NCBI GenBank assembly: GCA_000146045.2
Contig: BK006943.2
Span: 672,001-736,000 of the forward strand
Length of the DNA: 64,000 nucleotides
Reading direction: 5' to 3'
Origin: TPA_inf: Saccharomyces
Taxonomy: Eukaryota
The first letter of the stretch is position 1. Every line of letters begins with the position of its first letter. The translations under genes and the position numbers were made by a program. Below are positions 1-11,285 of the stretch, in pieces. The notes below the pieces were generated by a model. It was not told where the DNA came from, did not search any database, and worked only from the letters and a program-made list of their open reading frames with translations.

Positions 1-668
1 TTAGTGTGACTGCTTTTAATGTCGTAATCTCAAATATGATAACAGAGCCTTTGATCACGCTTCAGTACCTGAAACAGCAAGGTTGTCTTGAAATCTTCTT
101 TCAAACGTGGATTACAGACTATATTCCGAATTATAAAAGGTGCTATGATATCAAATTATCAGTTCTTGCGTTATTAAAAATTATACTGAAGTTAGAAAGC
201 AACGATTATTCAGTGTTGAACTTAGAAAATTTGGTTCCGCAATTAGGGAGTATTGTTACGCAGTTAGCTTCGAGGCTACCAACGGCGTTAAGGCAATTAG
301 CTAACCAACGCAAGGAATTCTCATCATCCGGTTTTGAAGAGGATACTAAGTGGGATGAAAATTTTCTTGACGTTGGAGACGATGATGAAAATGATGACGA
401 GGGAGACCTTACTGAGAAATATCTGGAACTGATAAAAAATAGAGCCGATTCCTTGGACTTCGTAGATGGTTATGACGCAAAGGAAACTTTCGATGACCTA
501 GAAGAGGACCCATTAACGGGGTCGATCCTGGACACAGTTGACGTATACAAGGTTTTCAAGGAGTCCATTGCGAACTTACAACATGTTGACAGCAATAGAT
601 ATCAGGGAATCTTGAGACATCTGACCCCGGCTGATCAAGAACTATTCATGGGAATTATGAATGCCTAA
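1..668 (+). CDS. NMD5: C-terminal ~220 codons of a karyopherin/importin-beta family protein (NMD5/KAP119 3' end); the ORF runs off the window start
   Basis: The frame is open from base 3 to TAA at 666-668. The tail is acidic and D/E-rich (DDDENDDEGD), typical of importin C-termini. It sits immediately upstream of XPT1, as YJR132W does on chrX. The name comes from synteny memory rather than a motif I can prove. Confidence 0.7.
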   Translation, partial: SVTAFNVVISNMITEPLITLQYLKQQGCLEIFFQTWITDYIPNYKRCYDIKLSVLALLKIILKLESNDYSVLNLENLVPQLGSIVTQLASRLPTALRQLANQRKEFSSSGFEEDTKWDENFLDVGDDDENDDEGDLTEKYLELIKNRADSLDFVDGYDAKETFDDLEEDPLTGSILDTVDVYKVFKESIANLQHVDSNRYQGILRHLTPADQELFMGIMNA

Positions 669-990
669 TTGAATTAAATGGCGATTGTATATTGAAACAA
701 ACACTGGATTACATAATTTAGATAGAAGAGAGAGGATATTATGCTCAAAGTTTGTTGCCTTTGCCTCGGCCAGTTGACTTTGATTTGATATCAAGATCTT
801 TTTTTTTTATCTGGAGTCAATGCGATGAACCTAAAAAAATCACAAGCTTTTTTTATCTCTAAGCTGGGGAAAGAATCGTAGTTAAATCGGAAAGAAAAAT
901 ATCTGAGTTTTGTCAGTCTTTCTTTTGCATAGCCCATCCTTGTACTAGATTTCATAAACATTGATCACTTCAAAATATACTTGTACCAAG

Positions 991-1620
991 ATGGCCGAAA
1001 ATGAGAGAATGTACATCTCCTATAATAATATTCACAAGCTTTGTCAGGGAGTGGCTAAACATATCTTAGCTAGAAACGAAAGACCTGATATTATTATCGC
1101 CATCACTGGTGGTGGTATGATCCCCGCAAGAATTATTAGGTCCTTTTTGAAAACTAAAGGACAAAAGAATATTCCGATTCAGGCCATCGGCCTATCTTTG
1201 TATGAAGATTTAGGGTTGGATAATAGCGTCGAAACTATCGGCAAAGAGGTCATCAGAACACAATGGCTGGACTTCGGTGCTTTGAACCAACATTTCGATT
1301 CCTTAATTGGTAAAAAGGTCCTAATTGTGGATGAAGTTGACGATACTAGAACTACCCTCCACTATGCTGTTTCTGAGCTGGAAAAAGAGATTGCTGAACA
1401 ACAAAAGGTTTTGAATAGAATGAGTGAGGAAACCGTTATTTCTATCTTTGTTCTACATAATAAGGACAAACCAAAGAGAGCTGGACTACCTGACTCCATG
1501 ATGAATTCTGGACGTTACATTGCTGCGCAAACTGTCCCTGATAAGTGGTTGTGCTATCCATGGGACGCTGAAGATATCGAAGAACATACCATGCTCGCTA
1601 AGGCTCAAGGTCATGACTGA
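991..1620 (+). CDS. XPT1: Xanthine-guanine phosphoribosyltransferase, 209 aa (first ATG; the track ORF starts at an upstream TTG)
   Basis: The translation MAENERMYISYNNIHKLCQGVAKHILARNERPDIIIAITGGGMIPAR carries the PRTase PRPP-binding motif VLIVDEVDDTRTT. The track coordinate 961 is TTG. The first ATG at 991 gives the known 209-aa length. Confidence 0.92.
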   Translation: MAENERMYISYNNIHKLCQGVAKHILARNERPDIIIAITGGGMIPARIIRSFLKTKGQKNIPIQAIGLSLYEDLGLDNSVETIGKEVIRTQWLDFGALNQHFDSLIGKKVLIVDEVDDTRTTLHYAVSELEKEIAEQQKVLNRMSEETVISIFVLHNKDKPKRAGLPDSMMNSGRYIAAQTVPDKWLCYPWDAEDIEEHTMLAKAQGHD

Positions 1621-1728
1621 TGACAAACAGTATGTTGCGATGGGGTTGCATGTATATAGATACATATAGTTATCATTGGTAATTATTTCATATTTAACCT
1701 AAATCTAAAGATAAGAGTGTATTTCTAG

Positions 1729-3852
1729 TTATCTCATTTTTCCTTGCATTTCTACCATTTGTTGAACTTGTTGATGCATCATCTCTTTTAAATCGGACAC
1801 ATCATTTTCTAATTCCTCCACTTGTTCAGTCTTTTCACCTAATAGTTGTAAGGAGGTTTCCAATTTACTTTGCATCTGCTCAACTCTTTTTAAGAGATCA
1901 TCTTTCTGTTTATTTACCTCATTGAATTTATCGTTTTCTTCCAGAAGTCTTAAAATCTCATCATTTGCTTTTGTCTTTTCTTTCAGTAAATTATCGTATA
2001 ATTCCTTTGATGCTGATAATTCACCTTCCAATCTTTTTAACTCCGTACTTAACTTGTTCACCAGATGAGCGCTTATGTGGCCGTTAGAATTCGATAGCTG
2101 GACGCTAGCTCTTCTGTATGGTATTGATGTGTTGTTTAACGAGTTCATTGATTCCCCTTCCCTGATTGCTTGTAAAGCAGCGGCCTCTTCTGGAATATCG
2201 TCAATGCTGAAATCCACATTTTTTCTATCAAAATGTTGGCTTTCTTCGCTACATATGGTTTCGTGAGATTCATTGTAAATGGGTTTTAGAGACGGATCGC
2301 TTTCTAATTCGCCAAGTTTTGACATTGATAATGACAGCATAGAATTTTCTTGAGGTAAAGTCCATTCGTCTTCTATATTTCCCTCCATGGAGTTTAAACT
2401 ATCTGTTAATTCTACAGGTATTTTATCTATAATTTTCTCATTGCTGTTTTCTTGATGTGGTTTTAGTTCGTTCTCTTTTTGTTCCAACTGAGACCTTTGA
2501 ATTTCGTACTTCTTCTTCAGTAGATTATAATCATCACTTATACTTTGCAATGATGACTTCAATGTCTCCGCCCGTCTCTCCAAGTCTTTCACTTCCAAAA
2601 CTGCCTTCGAATGATTCTCTTTTTCTTTTTCTAATTGCTTACCTAATGTTTCAGATGAACGTAAGGCAGTTTGATATTTTTCTTCAATATCATTTTTTTC
2701 TTTCATTGTAGATTCAAAGCGGTTTTCCAAGTTCACAATTTTAGTGTTCAAAGCGTATTCAATACTATCCCAGTTGGCCTTTGATGACTCAAGCTGTTCT
2801 TTGAGCCGATTGTATTGGAAAGATGCGTGTTGTTTTTCTTCATAACTTTGTTGGTCATCGACAAAATCTCTATTTGATTTAGCGTCTAAATTTTGAGTAG
2901 AGCTATCTAATTCTATTCTTAGTTGTTCTAGTTTAGTCTCTAGAGTGGTAACTTGATCAACTGTTGCTTCTTGTAGTGCTTTCTTTTCCGTTTGAAATTC
3001 ACTTTTTTCTTTTTCAAGCAATGTTCTCATATTATCTAAAGATTGCTGTAAAATTGTTATCAAATCATCTTTTTCTTTTATATTTTTCTCTAATGTTTCA
3101 AGTGACTCTTTTTGTTTATCTGCATCCTTTAATTTATTTGTAGCTTCAGCCAGTTGTCCTTGTATGTTGTGATACAATGATTGCAGCTCATTATAGTTTT
3201 CGACACTCTGAGCAGAACTATCGTTTAGTTCAGATACCTCATACTCTAAGTCTTTCACTTTTGTTCTTAAAGCTTTGATTTGATTTGATTGCCTCAGCTC
3301 AGTTTCCGCTAATTTAGCTCCTTCTTTTCTCAACTGATCTATCAAGTCGTCCTTCTCTTTAATCAATTTGAAAAAACTAGAATCCGTGGTTTCGATTTGT
3401 GATTTTCTGTTTAGTTCGTTAGTTAGGTCATCAATCTGTTTGTTTAATCTTAAATATTCAGGACTAATTTCTTTGACTAATTCTTCAACAGTAAATTCAG
3501 TGTAATTTTTAGGTAGCCATGTAGGCAGTGATACCATAGTGTCGTCGAAGCAATCAGTCCTATTGTGATCGGGATGCACCACGTCATCGACAGCGATTGA
3601 ATCTGCCTTACCTGTATCGCCTTCCACAGTGCTTTCTGATCGTACCGCAGGATCATCTATGTTTTCAGCATTGTCAATTGACACCACACCGGCAGCCGCA
3701 TCATCAATGGATGTACGAGCACTTTCTTGTTCATTGTTTGACAGCACCACAGGCGATGGAGACGACAAATTTGACGTTGACCTTTTATTTTTCTTTCTTC
3801 CTTTCTTAGTTGCCAAGGAGAGTCTCTCTTCCAACGATAATTTTTTACTCAT
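1729..3852 (-). CDS. SGM1: Long coiled-coil Golgi protein, 707 aa
   Basis: ATG at 3852-3850. The protein is 707 aa and almost entirely heptad-repeat coiled coil, rich in E, K, L and Q, and matches the YJR134C length and position. Confidence 0.88.
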   Translation of the reverse strand: MSKKLSLEERLSLATKKGRKKNKRSTSNLSSPSPVVLSNNEQESARTSIDDAAAGVVSIDNAENIDDPAVRSESTVEGDTGKADSIAVDDVVHPDHNRTDCFDDTMVSLPTWLPKNYTEFTVEELVKEISPEYLRLNKQIDDLTNELNRKSQIETTDSSFFKLIKEKDDLIDQLRKEGAKLAETELRQSNQIKALRTKVKDLEYEVSELNDSSAQSVENYNELQSLYHNIQGQLAEATNKLKDADKQKESLETLEKNIKEKDDLITILQQSLDNMRTLLEKEKSEFQTEKKALQEATVDQVTTLETKLEQLRIELDSSTQNLDAKSNRDFVDDQQSYEEKQHASFQYNRLKEQLESSKANWDSIEYALNTKIVNLENRFESTMKEKNDIEEKYQTALRSSETLGKQLEKEKENHSKAVLEVKDLERRAETLKSSLQSISDDYNLLKKKYEIQRSQLEQKENELKPHQENSNEKIIDKIPVELTDSLNSMEGNIEDEWTLPQENSMLSLSMSKLGELESDPSLKPIYNESHETICSEESQHFDRKNVDFSIDDIPEEAAALQAIREGESMNSLNNTSIPYRRASVQLSNSNGHISAHLVNKLSTELKRLEGELSASKELYDNLLKEKTKANDEILRLLEENDKFNEVNKQKDDLLKRVEQMQSKLETSLQLLGEKTEQVEELENDVSDLKEMMHQQVQQMVEMQGKMR

Positions 3853-4058
3853 AGCAAAATTGGTATACCACTACCATACAACACTTTTTATATACTATTC
3901 TGGACTAAGGACCTTTTAACGACAGTCTATTAAAAGAGGAAGTCAAGAGCTTTTTGGTGAATAATCTACGGTTACTGCCAAATTATGATCTTCTAAATTT
4001 TGGCGCTTTATAACATCCTCACACCACTACGAAGCACACTTTGACTACGAAGTATTAC

Positions 4059-4778
4059 TTAAGTTAGACTGGTCTCATTGAAATCTATTAGTTTGATGTA
4101 TTTAGTCCCTGGATTTGTAGAGCCCTCAATTACTGTTATTATATTAGCCCTAAGTAATAATCTGTATATTGGTATCGTTTTAGATGAAAAATCGTTTAAT
4201 GTCAGATTCAAATCATGCTCAATTAGTCTTTTCATTAACAGCATGACTTCGTTCGTTAAGCTATCTATTGATTCATCATTATCATCCAAATTCGGTACTA
4301 GATAACCCTTGAGAAAGTCCGCCAGTGAGTCCCAAAGCTCTTTATTTCTGGCTTTTCGTGTTCTAATATGGGCGTGATCTTGCTTCTTACTGTCCATAAT
4401 GGTCATTTGATGCTGCAGTTTTCGTAGCAGCTCTTTCAAGTCACTATTAATATTATTCTGTAACAATAACATGGCCTTTTGATCAACTGATTGATCATTC
4501 ATAAGCGAGAGCCATTCACTGGAACTTTGGGCTCTCAAAGACAAAAAATTCGATGTCAAACTGAAACCAATAGGATCAGCTCTCTCTGAGAAGAACATGG
4601 GTTTTCTTAATAACTCTGTAAAGACCTCAGAATTGACCGGTTTACCCTCTGTATCCAGAGATCTCTTCGTGATCTCATCGATGGCACCTTGAGCTTGCTT
4701 CAAGAAATATCGTTTGTTTCCGATCTGGTTCTCCAGGTTCTTTATGTAGACATCCAGGACATCCTTTTCAACATCCAT
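4059..4778 (-). CDS. MCM22: Kinetochore COMA/Ctf19-complex subunit, 239 aa
   Basis: ATG at 4778-4776, 239 aa, and its position next to SGM1 and TIM8 corresponds to YJR135C. Confidence 0.85.
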   Translation of the reverse strand: MDVEKDVLDVYIKNLENQIGNKRYFLKQAQGAIDEITKRSLDTEGKPVNSEVFTELLRKPMFFSERADPIGFSLTSNFLSLRAQSSSEWLSLMNDQSVDQKAMLLLQNNINSDLKELLRKLQHQMTIMDSKKQDHAHIRTRKARNKELWDSLADFLKGYLVPNLDDNDESIDSLTNEVMLLMKRLIEHDLNLTLNDFSSKTIPIYRLLLRANIITVIEGSTNPGTKYIKLIDFNETSLT

Positions 4779-4970
4779 GTTTCCTTTGTGAGACTTTCTG
4801 CCGTTTGCTCTTGTCCCTCTTTGTCGTCATATGCGTCTTGTTTGTTGTTACGCTGCATATCAAAGCGAACGGTTAGTTATTAACTAACGTAAAAATTGAT
4901 GGAAACATTCATTTATATGAAAGTATTGAAGAAGAGGTAAAAAGGAAAACAAATTTACAAACAACAAAGA

Positions 4971-5234
4971 ATGTCTTCTCTATCAACGTCTGATTTGGCC
5001 TCCCTTGATGACACTTCCAAAAAGGAAATTGCTACTTTCTTGGAGGGAGAGAACTCCAAACAAAAAGTCCAGATGTCAATCCATCAATTCACTAATATAT
5101 GCTTCAAAAAATGTGTTGAGTCTGTCAATGATTCTAATTTAAGTTCGCAAGAAGAGCAATGTTTGTCTAACTGTGTGAATCGGTTTTTGGATACTAATAT
5201 CAGGATTGTGAACGGGTTGCAAAACACCCGTTAA
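4971..5234 (+). CDS. TIM8: Small Tim mitochondrial intermembrane-space chaperone, 87 aa
   Basis: It has the twin CX3C motif (CFKKCVESV ... CLSNCVNRF) and is 87 aa. It is divergent from MCM22 across a 192-bp spacer. Confidence 0.93.
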   Translation: MSSLSTSDLASLDDTSKKEIATFLEGENSKQKVQMSIHQFTNICFKKCVESVNDSNLSSQEEQCLSNCVNRFLDTNIRIVNGLQNTR

Positions 5235-5390
5235 TATGAAACCGATTTATCTCTCCGAGTCATTATTCTCTTTACCTTAATATATCTGTAAATAAGCAAA
5301 TGAATATTTTAATATATGTCCAAGGTTTCTTTAAAAGGGATTCTTCAGCATAAAGGGCAAATAACTCTTTTTGTTTATATACTGTCTAGT

Positions 5391-5437
5391 TATATATATA
5401 TATATATGTATATGCATTTGTCTGTGTCTGTGTCTGT
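5391..5437. repeat. (TA)8 microsatellite followed by a (GTCT/GTGTCT) mini-repeat in the TIM8-TTI2 convergent 3' spacer
   Basis: The string tatatatatatatatatgtatatgcatttgtctgtgtctgtgtctg. Confidence 0.9.
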
Positions 5438-5440
5438 TTC

Positions 5441-6715
5441 CTATGAGAACTCAAAAAGTAACTGAAACCGCGGTTGCTTAGATAGAGTCGATAACTGTTC
5501 ACCCATAGCGCAGTCACAATTCAGCAACCAGCTTATCGTTTCCTTACATTGTTGTAGTATTGATTCGTTCAACGCATCCTCTTGCGAACACTTATCGTAT
5601 GTAACTAGAATTAATGATAAAATGTCGAATCTGTGAGCCACTATTCTTTCATTCGGGCAAACCTTTATGAGAGTACTTACCACTGAAAGAGTTTTTGAAA
5701 TAAGTTTTGGAAAAGTTGTGTAAAAAGGATTTCGTACAATATATTCACCTAAAACAAAAATCAGCCTCTGGAGATGTACAACAGACCCTTCTCTTTGAAG
5801 TCTCAGTATGTTCATTGTGCATTCCAATGCGTATAACGTCAAATTTTCGTATGCAAGGCTAGCCCTAGGAATTATGTTTTGCAAGATTATCTCTGACATG
5901 AACTTTTCCAGGTGATATTGATACTTTGTGTAATTGTCCAAAAATTCTACTTTATATAACGACTGTATCGTTGGGAAAACGACCCGCCATATGGCTATTG
6001 TTTCATCAGCATTGTATGAGGGAGGGAGAAAATAGCACATATTGATTAGCGTCTTTTCGAACAGTGGAAATAAACCAGTACTAGAGAACTGTATCCATTT
6101 TGAGTCATTGGTTTCGTTCATAAAGGTATGATTTAATAGCGTCTGTAGGAGCAGAACACCACGAAGTTTAATTCTTCTTATATCAGTGGTATCATCTAGT
6201 ATGTTTAGAATTCCTGGAATAATCCAAGAAAGATTCGTAGATATGTCTCTCCTTTTCAAATGTAACAGAATTACGTAGAATAACGGAATGCCTTTCAAGC
6301 CACCCTGACTTACCCACGCCTGCATTAGGTTATCTTCTTTCAAAGACATTCCAAGCGTGGGTTTGAGACCAAGATTACGTTGCTCTTTGAGTTCGAAGTT
6401 GCTTTTGCGTTTTAAAAGTAGTGGCTGTAACTTAGAAATAAGGACGCACATAATTTCGTCATGTTCACTTTTGTTACGCTGAAAGTAGTAATCTATAGTC
6501 TGCAAAACATCTGTGTTGATTTGTATGTCTACTCCTGGAGATATGGAGTGATATGAGAGAGATTCAATAAGGTTGACCTCATCGGACACCGTAATTGCAC
6601 ATCCAGTATCTGTCTTCTTTCGTAACTGGAGACACAACTCTCGAAGCCTTGTAGAAGAAAGACTCGAATCATTCAATTCATCGATGATATCAGTTACGGC
6701 CGTCATTCTTTTCAA
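5441..6715 (-). CDS. TTI2: Tel2-interacting TTT-complex subunit; 424 codons from the first ATG, with an alternative start at the in-frame ATG 6706 giving 421 aa
   Basis: ATG at 6715-6713 (MKRMTAVTD...), and the fourth codon is also ATG. The protein is leucine-rich and helical, and its position corresponds to YJR136C (annotated 421 aa, as I recall). Confidence 0.8.
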   Translation of the reverse strand: MKRMTAVTDIIDELNDSSLSSTRLRELCLQLRKKTDTGCAITVSDEVNLIESLSYHSISPGVDIQINTDVLQTIDYYFQRNKSEHDEIMCVLISKLQPLLLKRKSNFELKEQRNLGLKPTLGMSLKEDNLMQAWVSQGGLKGIPLFYVILLHLKRRDISTNLSWIIPGILNILDDTTDIRRIKLRGVLLLQTLLNHTFMNETNDSKWIQFSSTGLFPLFEKTLINMCYFLPPSYNADETIAIWRVVFPTIQSLYKVEFLDNYTKYQYHLEKFMSEIILQNIIPRASLAYENLTLYALECTMNILRLQREGSVVHLQRLIFVLGEYIVRNPFYTTFPKLISKTLSVVSTLIKVCPNERIVAHRFDILSLILVTYDKCSQEDALNESILQQCKETISWLLNCDCAMGEQLSTLSKQPRFQLLFEFS

Positions 6716-6956
6716 TATTTTGTTATATGATTTTATTCTTCACCTCGTTTTCATTCTTCATAGTTTTCGTTTCTCATCTGCTATTGAAAAACCGAACTAG
6801 CCGAAGGATAACAATAATGAGTCTTAACTGTTAATATACAAGATTATACAAATAAATATGTTTCTATAAAATAAAAAGTTATATTCAATTGCGAAAAAAA
6901 TAAATAAATGTGGGAAGAAAACCCAATAGTATGTCCTACTATGTCATATGCTATCA

Positions 6957-9900
6957 TTAATAGGCATCTTCAGACACATCTTCATGGAAGTATTTACCCT
7001 CGGTGGTTGGTTTAATGATACCTACTCTTATACAGAAATCACCAAAGTGTTCCCCTTCTTCTCTTTCTAAAGCATACCTTTTAAACAATGGTTTGATGTA
7101 GTCGACAATTTCCTCATCCTTCACATTGGCCTTATACAATTTGTTTAGCCTTTGGCCGAGGTAACCACCACCAAGCATCAAGTTATAAGTATGTGGAGCT
7201 TTACCAACAAGAGCTAATTCACCTAGCCATGGACGAGAACAACCGTTAGGGCAACCAGTCATTCTCATAATAATGGAATCATGGCGTAAACCATACTCTT
7301 CTAAACAATCTTCCAACTGAGTAATAATGTCAGGTAGGAAACGTTCAGATTCGGCAAACGCTAAACCACATGTTGGCAAACCAACACAGGAAGATGAAGA
7401 TAATCTCAAACCGCTGAAATCGGTGTTATCCAATTTATAGGTCTTTAAAATAGATTTTATTCCAGCAACATGTTCATCTGTAATATTAGAGATAACCAAA
7501 TGTTGATTACCAGTCAATCTGAAATGACCAGAATTAGTCTTAAGCATGTATTCAGCAACCTTTCTAATACCTGTCTTTTGAGGCAAATCTGGTGTATCTT
7601 CAACCCTACCATTTTCAATAAATGCGGTAAAGTGGTTTAACCCAGTTTCATCTTTAATCCATCCAAAGTAATCAATATTAGATTTAAACTCAAATGGTCT
7701 CTCAGGCTCGAATTTCTTACCCCAGTATTCCTCCACTTTTTGCTTGAAGCCTTCGACACCCATATCATCTACAGTATACTTTAAACGAGCATGCTTACGG
7801 TCTTTACGGTCACCGTGATCTCTTTGGACAATAACGATACCTTCAAGTGGTGGAATAATGTCTTCAGTTTTAACAAAACCTAAGCATGACCCTAATCTTG
7901 GGTAAGTTTTCTTGTTGTTATGAGTGGTACCCATACCACCACCAACAAAAACATTATAACCCTCCACGATTTGAGTTTCTGGGTTAACTATAGCAACTAA
8001 ACCGACATCGATAGATAATACATCCACATCGTTATATGGAGGAACGGCGATGTTGAATTTAAACTTTCTTGGCAGATAAGTTGGACCGTAAATTGGTTCA
8101 ATATCGACCAAAGCGTTACCGCTAACTAGAGTCTTCTTTTTTCTTGGACCATCTTTTCTGTTTTCAAAAATAGATGGCCAGGATGGATCATCGTCCTGTT
8201 CTTCTGGGCCCTCCAGCCAAACTTCGTGGTAGGCCGTAGTCTTTGGTAAGAAATGATCAGAAATCAATTTTCCCATATCAGCGATTTGTTGGTGAACCTT
8301 GGCATTGGTTGGTAGAGCAGAAACCATGACATTTCTGTTCACGTCACCTGCAGCAGCTAATGTATCCATAAGAACTGCATTCATTCCTCTCAATGTGTGT
8401 TTCAAGTTCTTCTTTAGCACACCATGAATCTGGAAGGTTGCCCTTGTTGTTAATTTCAGGGTACCATTGCCTGAAGTATCAGATAAGTGATCCAGAGCAA
8501 GCCATTGTTGTGGAGTGGTCTTACCACCTGGTAAACGAGCTCTTGCCATAAACATATAGTATGGCTCTAAGCCTTGTGACTTACGTATTTCTCTAATGTC
8601 ACGATCGTCTTGGGTGTAAATACCGTGAAATTTCATTAATTGTTCATTAGCGTGAGTAACACCACCTGAAGAAGTATCCTTTAAGTTCTCACTGATAGTA
8701 CCTCTCAAGAAATTAGATTCTCTCTTAATATCCTCGTTTGTAACAGGTTTTGGCTCATCATCAACAGCAGCGCCGGAAACACCAAGAGCTTCCCATAATT
8801 TAGGTTCCCACTCAGAATAAGCAGTTTGGAAACCATCAGCATCTTGATCATCACCCAGTCCCAAGGGAATTAGGGCTTTGGCACTCAATAATTCCAAGCG
8901 CTTAAATAAATCCTGTGAAGGCTTGTTAAAATAATGTTTATCTTCTTTACGTGGCCAATACTCAGAATCACCGAGACCAAAAACAGCAACATTCAAACTA
9001 GCTAAATCCAAGTCGGTGTCATTTTTCAGAGCTTCCCAGAAAGACTTACCGTCTTGGGGGAATTCACCTTGCCCAGCCGTGGAAGTAATGAAAACTACAT
9101 TCTCTTCACCAGGTAATTCTTCCAAAATAATGTCATCCATGGACAGAACAGTAGCCTTTAAACCTCTTGCAGATGCCCTTGCTGCTAGTCTCTTTGCCAA
9201 GTTTGCAGCATTACCACCGTCAGAAGCATAATAGACGTGTAGCGGTGGGCCGGACAAACCCTCCAATAACTGATCGAAGGCAGCCTTGCTTCTTTTTTCT
9301 TGTTTCCTTGTCAACGCATCACCAGCAGATTGCTTTAGATTTCTTGACAAAGATGGATCTTTTCTGGTTAATAGGGTAAGCTTATTCTCACGGTCTAAGA
9401 AGTCCTGTAATTGTTTTCTGATAACCGAAGAATCCAAGCTAAATGCCTCCTTATCTGTTGATGGATCGTCATAAACAGGATTAAACCTATACAATGGCCA
9501 GTAACCAGATTCAACGGCGTTTTTGGTTTCCTTTAAGACTTCTAATGGAGTATCATTTTCGGAATTATACGGCAAATAAGCCAAGACAATAGAAGGACCA
9601 TTGTATTTAGATGCCTCTATTATTGCAGTCAATAGTTGGGTGTAAGAAGCATATACTGCTACAGAGGCAACATAGGCACTGTAATAATTCATGGCGTACA
9701 AACCAACATCTTTCTTTCTATCCTGGTTTTGCTTTCTATGGTCATATGGCTCTGAATCAATCAATAAAACATTAATGTTTTTACGGGAGGATAAAACCTG
9801 TTGAATACCTGAGTGACCCAAATCATAAGACCAGGCATCGGAGCCAATTAGCCAGCTTGATTTGAAAATAAAAGAATCGCTTGTTGGAGCTATCTTTAAG

Positions 9901-11285
9901 AATTTTAAGACAGTAGAGGAATCTTGATTAGATTGTAATAACTGAAATATTTCCAAACCTGTCGCATTGGCCTCTTGTAATTGAGCTTCGTCAAGATCGC
10001 GTCCATTGAATGACAACCATTTAGATAATAGTTGAACAATTTTATTTGCATCCTCGGACAAGTAAAGACTTGGATCAAGAGAGGTTTTTGCTAAGCTGAT
10101 CAATTCTTCACGCTGGGCTTCTTGTTTTAAAAAGCGTCCAAAACCAAATTCTGGATTACTTGGTTCAATTGTCTCACTGGAAAATTGATTCAAAATTTGT
10201 AGATTTGATGAAAATAACTGTTTTAGCACTTTGATATAGGCGTCTTCTAAGTTCACAACTTTTTTGACAGAAGAAATAAGTTGAGTAACTTCAGCTTGTT
10301 CCTCAGCCTTTTCATTGGATTCACCTAAAAATAAGTTATTATCTGGTTCCTTCTTGTTAATATTCGATATGACGGTGTTGATAACGTTGCCATAATCATT
10401 CACATTACCAATATTAGTCAACACTACCTGCTCGATGTTCCTAGAAACTAATTCATTAAAATTGCCAAAGAAGTCCAAAAGAAATGGTTGAAATTCGTTT
10501 GATTGCGATTTCTTAGAGACACCCTGTAAAACGGCGATTTTGGTAACAGAAGATGGCAGTATTTCCAAGAACTTGGAAAAATTCCATGGTCTGTATACTC
10601 TAATCTTGATCAATCCTACGTTTGAAGGCAATACGCTACTGAATTCCGCGTCATATGGTGACAGGTTAACAATGACAGTGGTAATTGACTCTTTACCTTT
10701 AACCAGTTCAAAATTTGTCAATGAATCAGTAGCTTCTGATAATGCTACTTTAGTCTCTTCGTTAGCAATCTCCAAGGTAGGAAAGTCGATGTCTTGTTCA
10801 ATAGCTGTACTCGTGCCAATTTTCTCCAAGTTAAGAAAATGGAAAACTGGGGTCAGAGAACTTGTAGCAATCTTATAAGAAGAGTCCGCGTTTGAAATTG
10901 CAGTTTGCAAATCAGAAGATATTAAGATGGGGAAAGAAAGATCCTTTAACGCAGGAATTGCGGAATAATCTTGCAAATTCAAATCCACTGTAATCACCAA
11001 TGGAAGTTTATTAGGAAGAGAATATAGATGGTGGATGGATTTGACCAAAGTAGTTTCATCTGTAAAAACGGTAGTTAAAATGTCCTTAGAGAGTTGATCT
11101 TTGATGGTATTCAATGGATCTTGATTGTTCAATAGATGAGTAGCATCTGTGGCAACAGATTCTAGCCCTTTGAAGGATGAATGACTATTTTTTGTGCTAG
11201 TAGTGTAGAACACTTTATTTTGGGGAGCACTAGAGGAATATTGCGCCAACAATTGTGGGAGCGTCAAGAGGTCAGAAGCAGTCAT
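6957..11285 (-). CDS. MET5: Sulfite reductase (NADPH) beta/hemoprotein subunit, 1442 aa
   Basis: Starts MTASDLLTLPQLLAQYSSS. It has a flavodoxin-like domain, and the C-terminal siroheme/Fe-S hemoprotein domain carries TGCPNGCSRP. The track ORF extends 34 codons upstream to 11387, but the ATG at 11285 gives exactly 1442 aa plus a stop. Confidence 0.93.
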   Translation of the reverse strand: MTASDLLTLPQLLAQYSSSAPQNKVFYTTSTKNSHSSFKGLESVATDATHLLNNQDPLNTIKDQLSKDILTTVFTDETTLVKSIHHLYSLPNKLPLVITVDLNLQDYSAIPALKDLSFPILISSDLQTAISNADSSYKIATSSLTPVFHFLNLEKIGTSTAIEQDIDFPTLEIANEETKVALSEATDSLTNFELVKGKESITTVIVNLSPYDAEFSSVLPSNVGLIKIRVYRPWNFSKFLEILPSSVTKIAVLQGVSKKSQSNEFQPFLLDFFGNFNELVSRNIEQVVLTNIGNVNDYGNVINTVISNINKKEPDNNLFLGESNEKAEEQAEVTQLISSVKKVVNLEDAYIKVLKQLFSSNLQILNQFSSETIEPSNPEFGFGRFLKQEAQREELISLAKTSLDPSLYLSEDANKIVQLLSKWLSFNGRDLDEAQLQEANATGLEIFQLLQSNQDSSTVLKFLKIAPTSDSFIFKSSWLIGSDAWSYDLGHSGIQQVLSSRKNINVLLIDSEPYDHRKQNQDRKKDVGLYAMNYYSAYVASVAVYASYTQLLTAIIEASKYNGPSIVLAYLPYNSENDTPLEVLKETKNAVESGYWPLYRFNPVYDDPSTDKEAFSLDSSVIRKQLQDFLDRENKLTLLTRKDPSLSRNLKQSAGDALTRKQEKRSKAAFDQLLEGLSGPPLHVYYASDGGNAANLAKRLAARASARGLKATVLSMDDIILEELPGEENVVFITSTAGQGEFPQDGKSFWEALKNDTDLDLASLNVAVFGLGDSEYWPRKEDKHYFNKPSQDLFKRLELLSAKALIPLGLGDDQDADGFQTAYSEWEPKLWEALGVSGAAVDDEPKPVTNEDIKRESNFLRGTISENLKDTSSGGVTHANEQLMKFHGIYTQDDRDIREIRKSQGLEPYYMFMARARLPGGKTTPQQWLALDHLSDTSGNGTLKLTTRATFQIHGVLKKNLKHTLRGMNAVLMDTLAAAGDVNRNVMVSALPTNAKVHQQIADMGKLISDHFLPKTTAYHEVWLEGPEEQDDDPSWPSIFENRKDGPRKKKTLVSGNALVDIEPIYGPTYLPRKFKFNIAVPPYNDVDVLSIDVGLVAIVNPETQIVEGYNVFVGGGMGTTHNNKKTYPRLGSCLGFVKTEDIIPPLEGIVIVQRDHGDRKDRKHARLKYTVDDMGVEGFKQKVEEYWGKKFEPERPFEFKSNIDYFGWIKDETGLNHFTAFIENGRVEDTPDLPQKTGIRKVAEYMLKTNSGHFRLTGNQHLVISNITDEHVAGIKSILKTYKLDNTDFSGLRLSSSSCVGLPTCGLAFAESERFLPDIITQLEDCLEEYGLRHDSIIMRMTGCPNGCSRPWLGELALVGKAPHTYNLMLGGGYLGQRLNKLYKANVKDEEIVDYIKPLFKRYALEREEGEHFGDFCIRVGIIKPTTEGKYFHEDVSEDAY

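Noticed and set aside
9016-10878. Short plus-strand ORFs inside MET5 (9016-9231, 9167-9379, 9286-9474, 10540-10878), and similar ones inside HIR3, IML1 and PMT4.
   Set aside because: They are 60-147 codons, antisense or nested in long well-supported genes, with no motifs. They are expected by chance in 64 kb.
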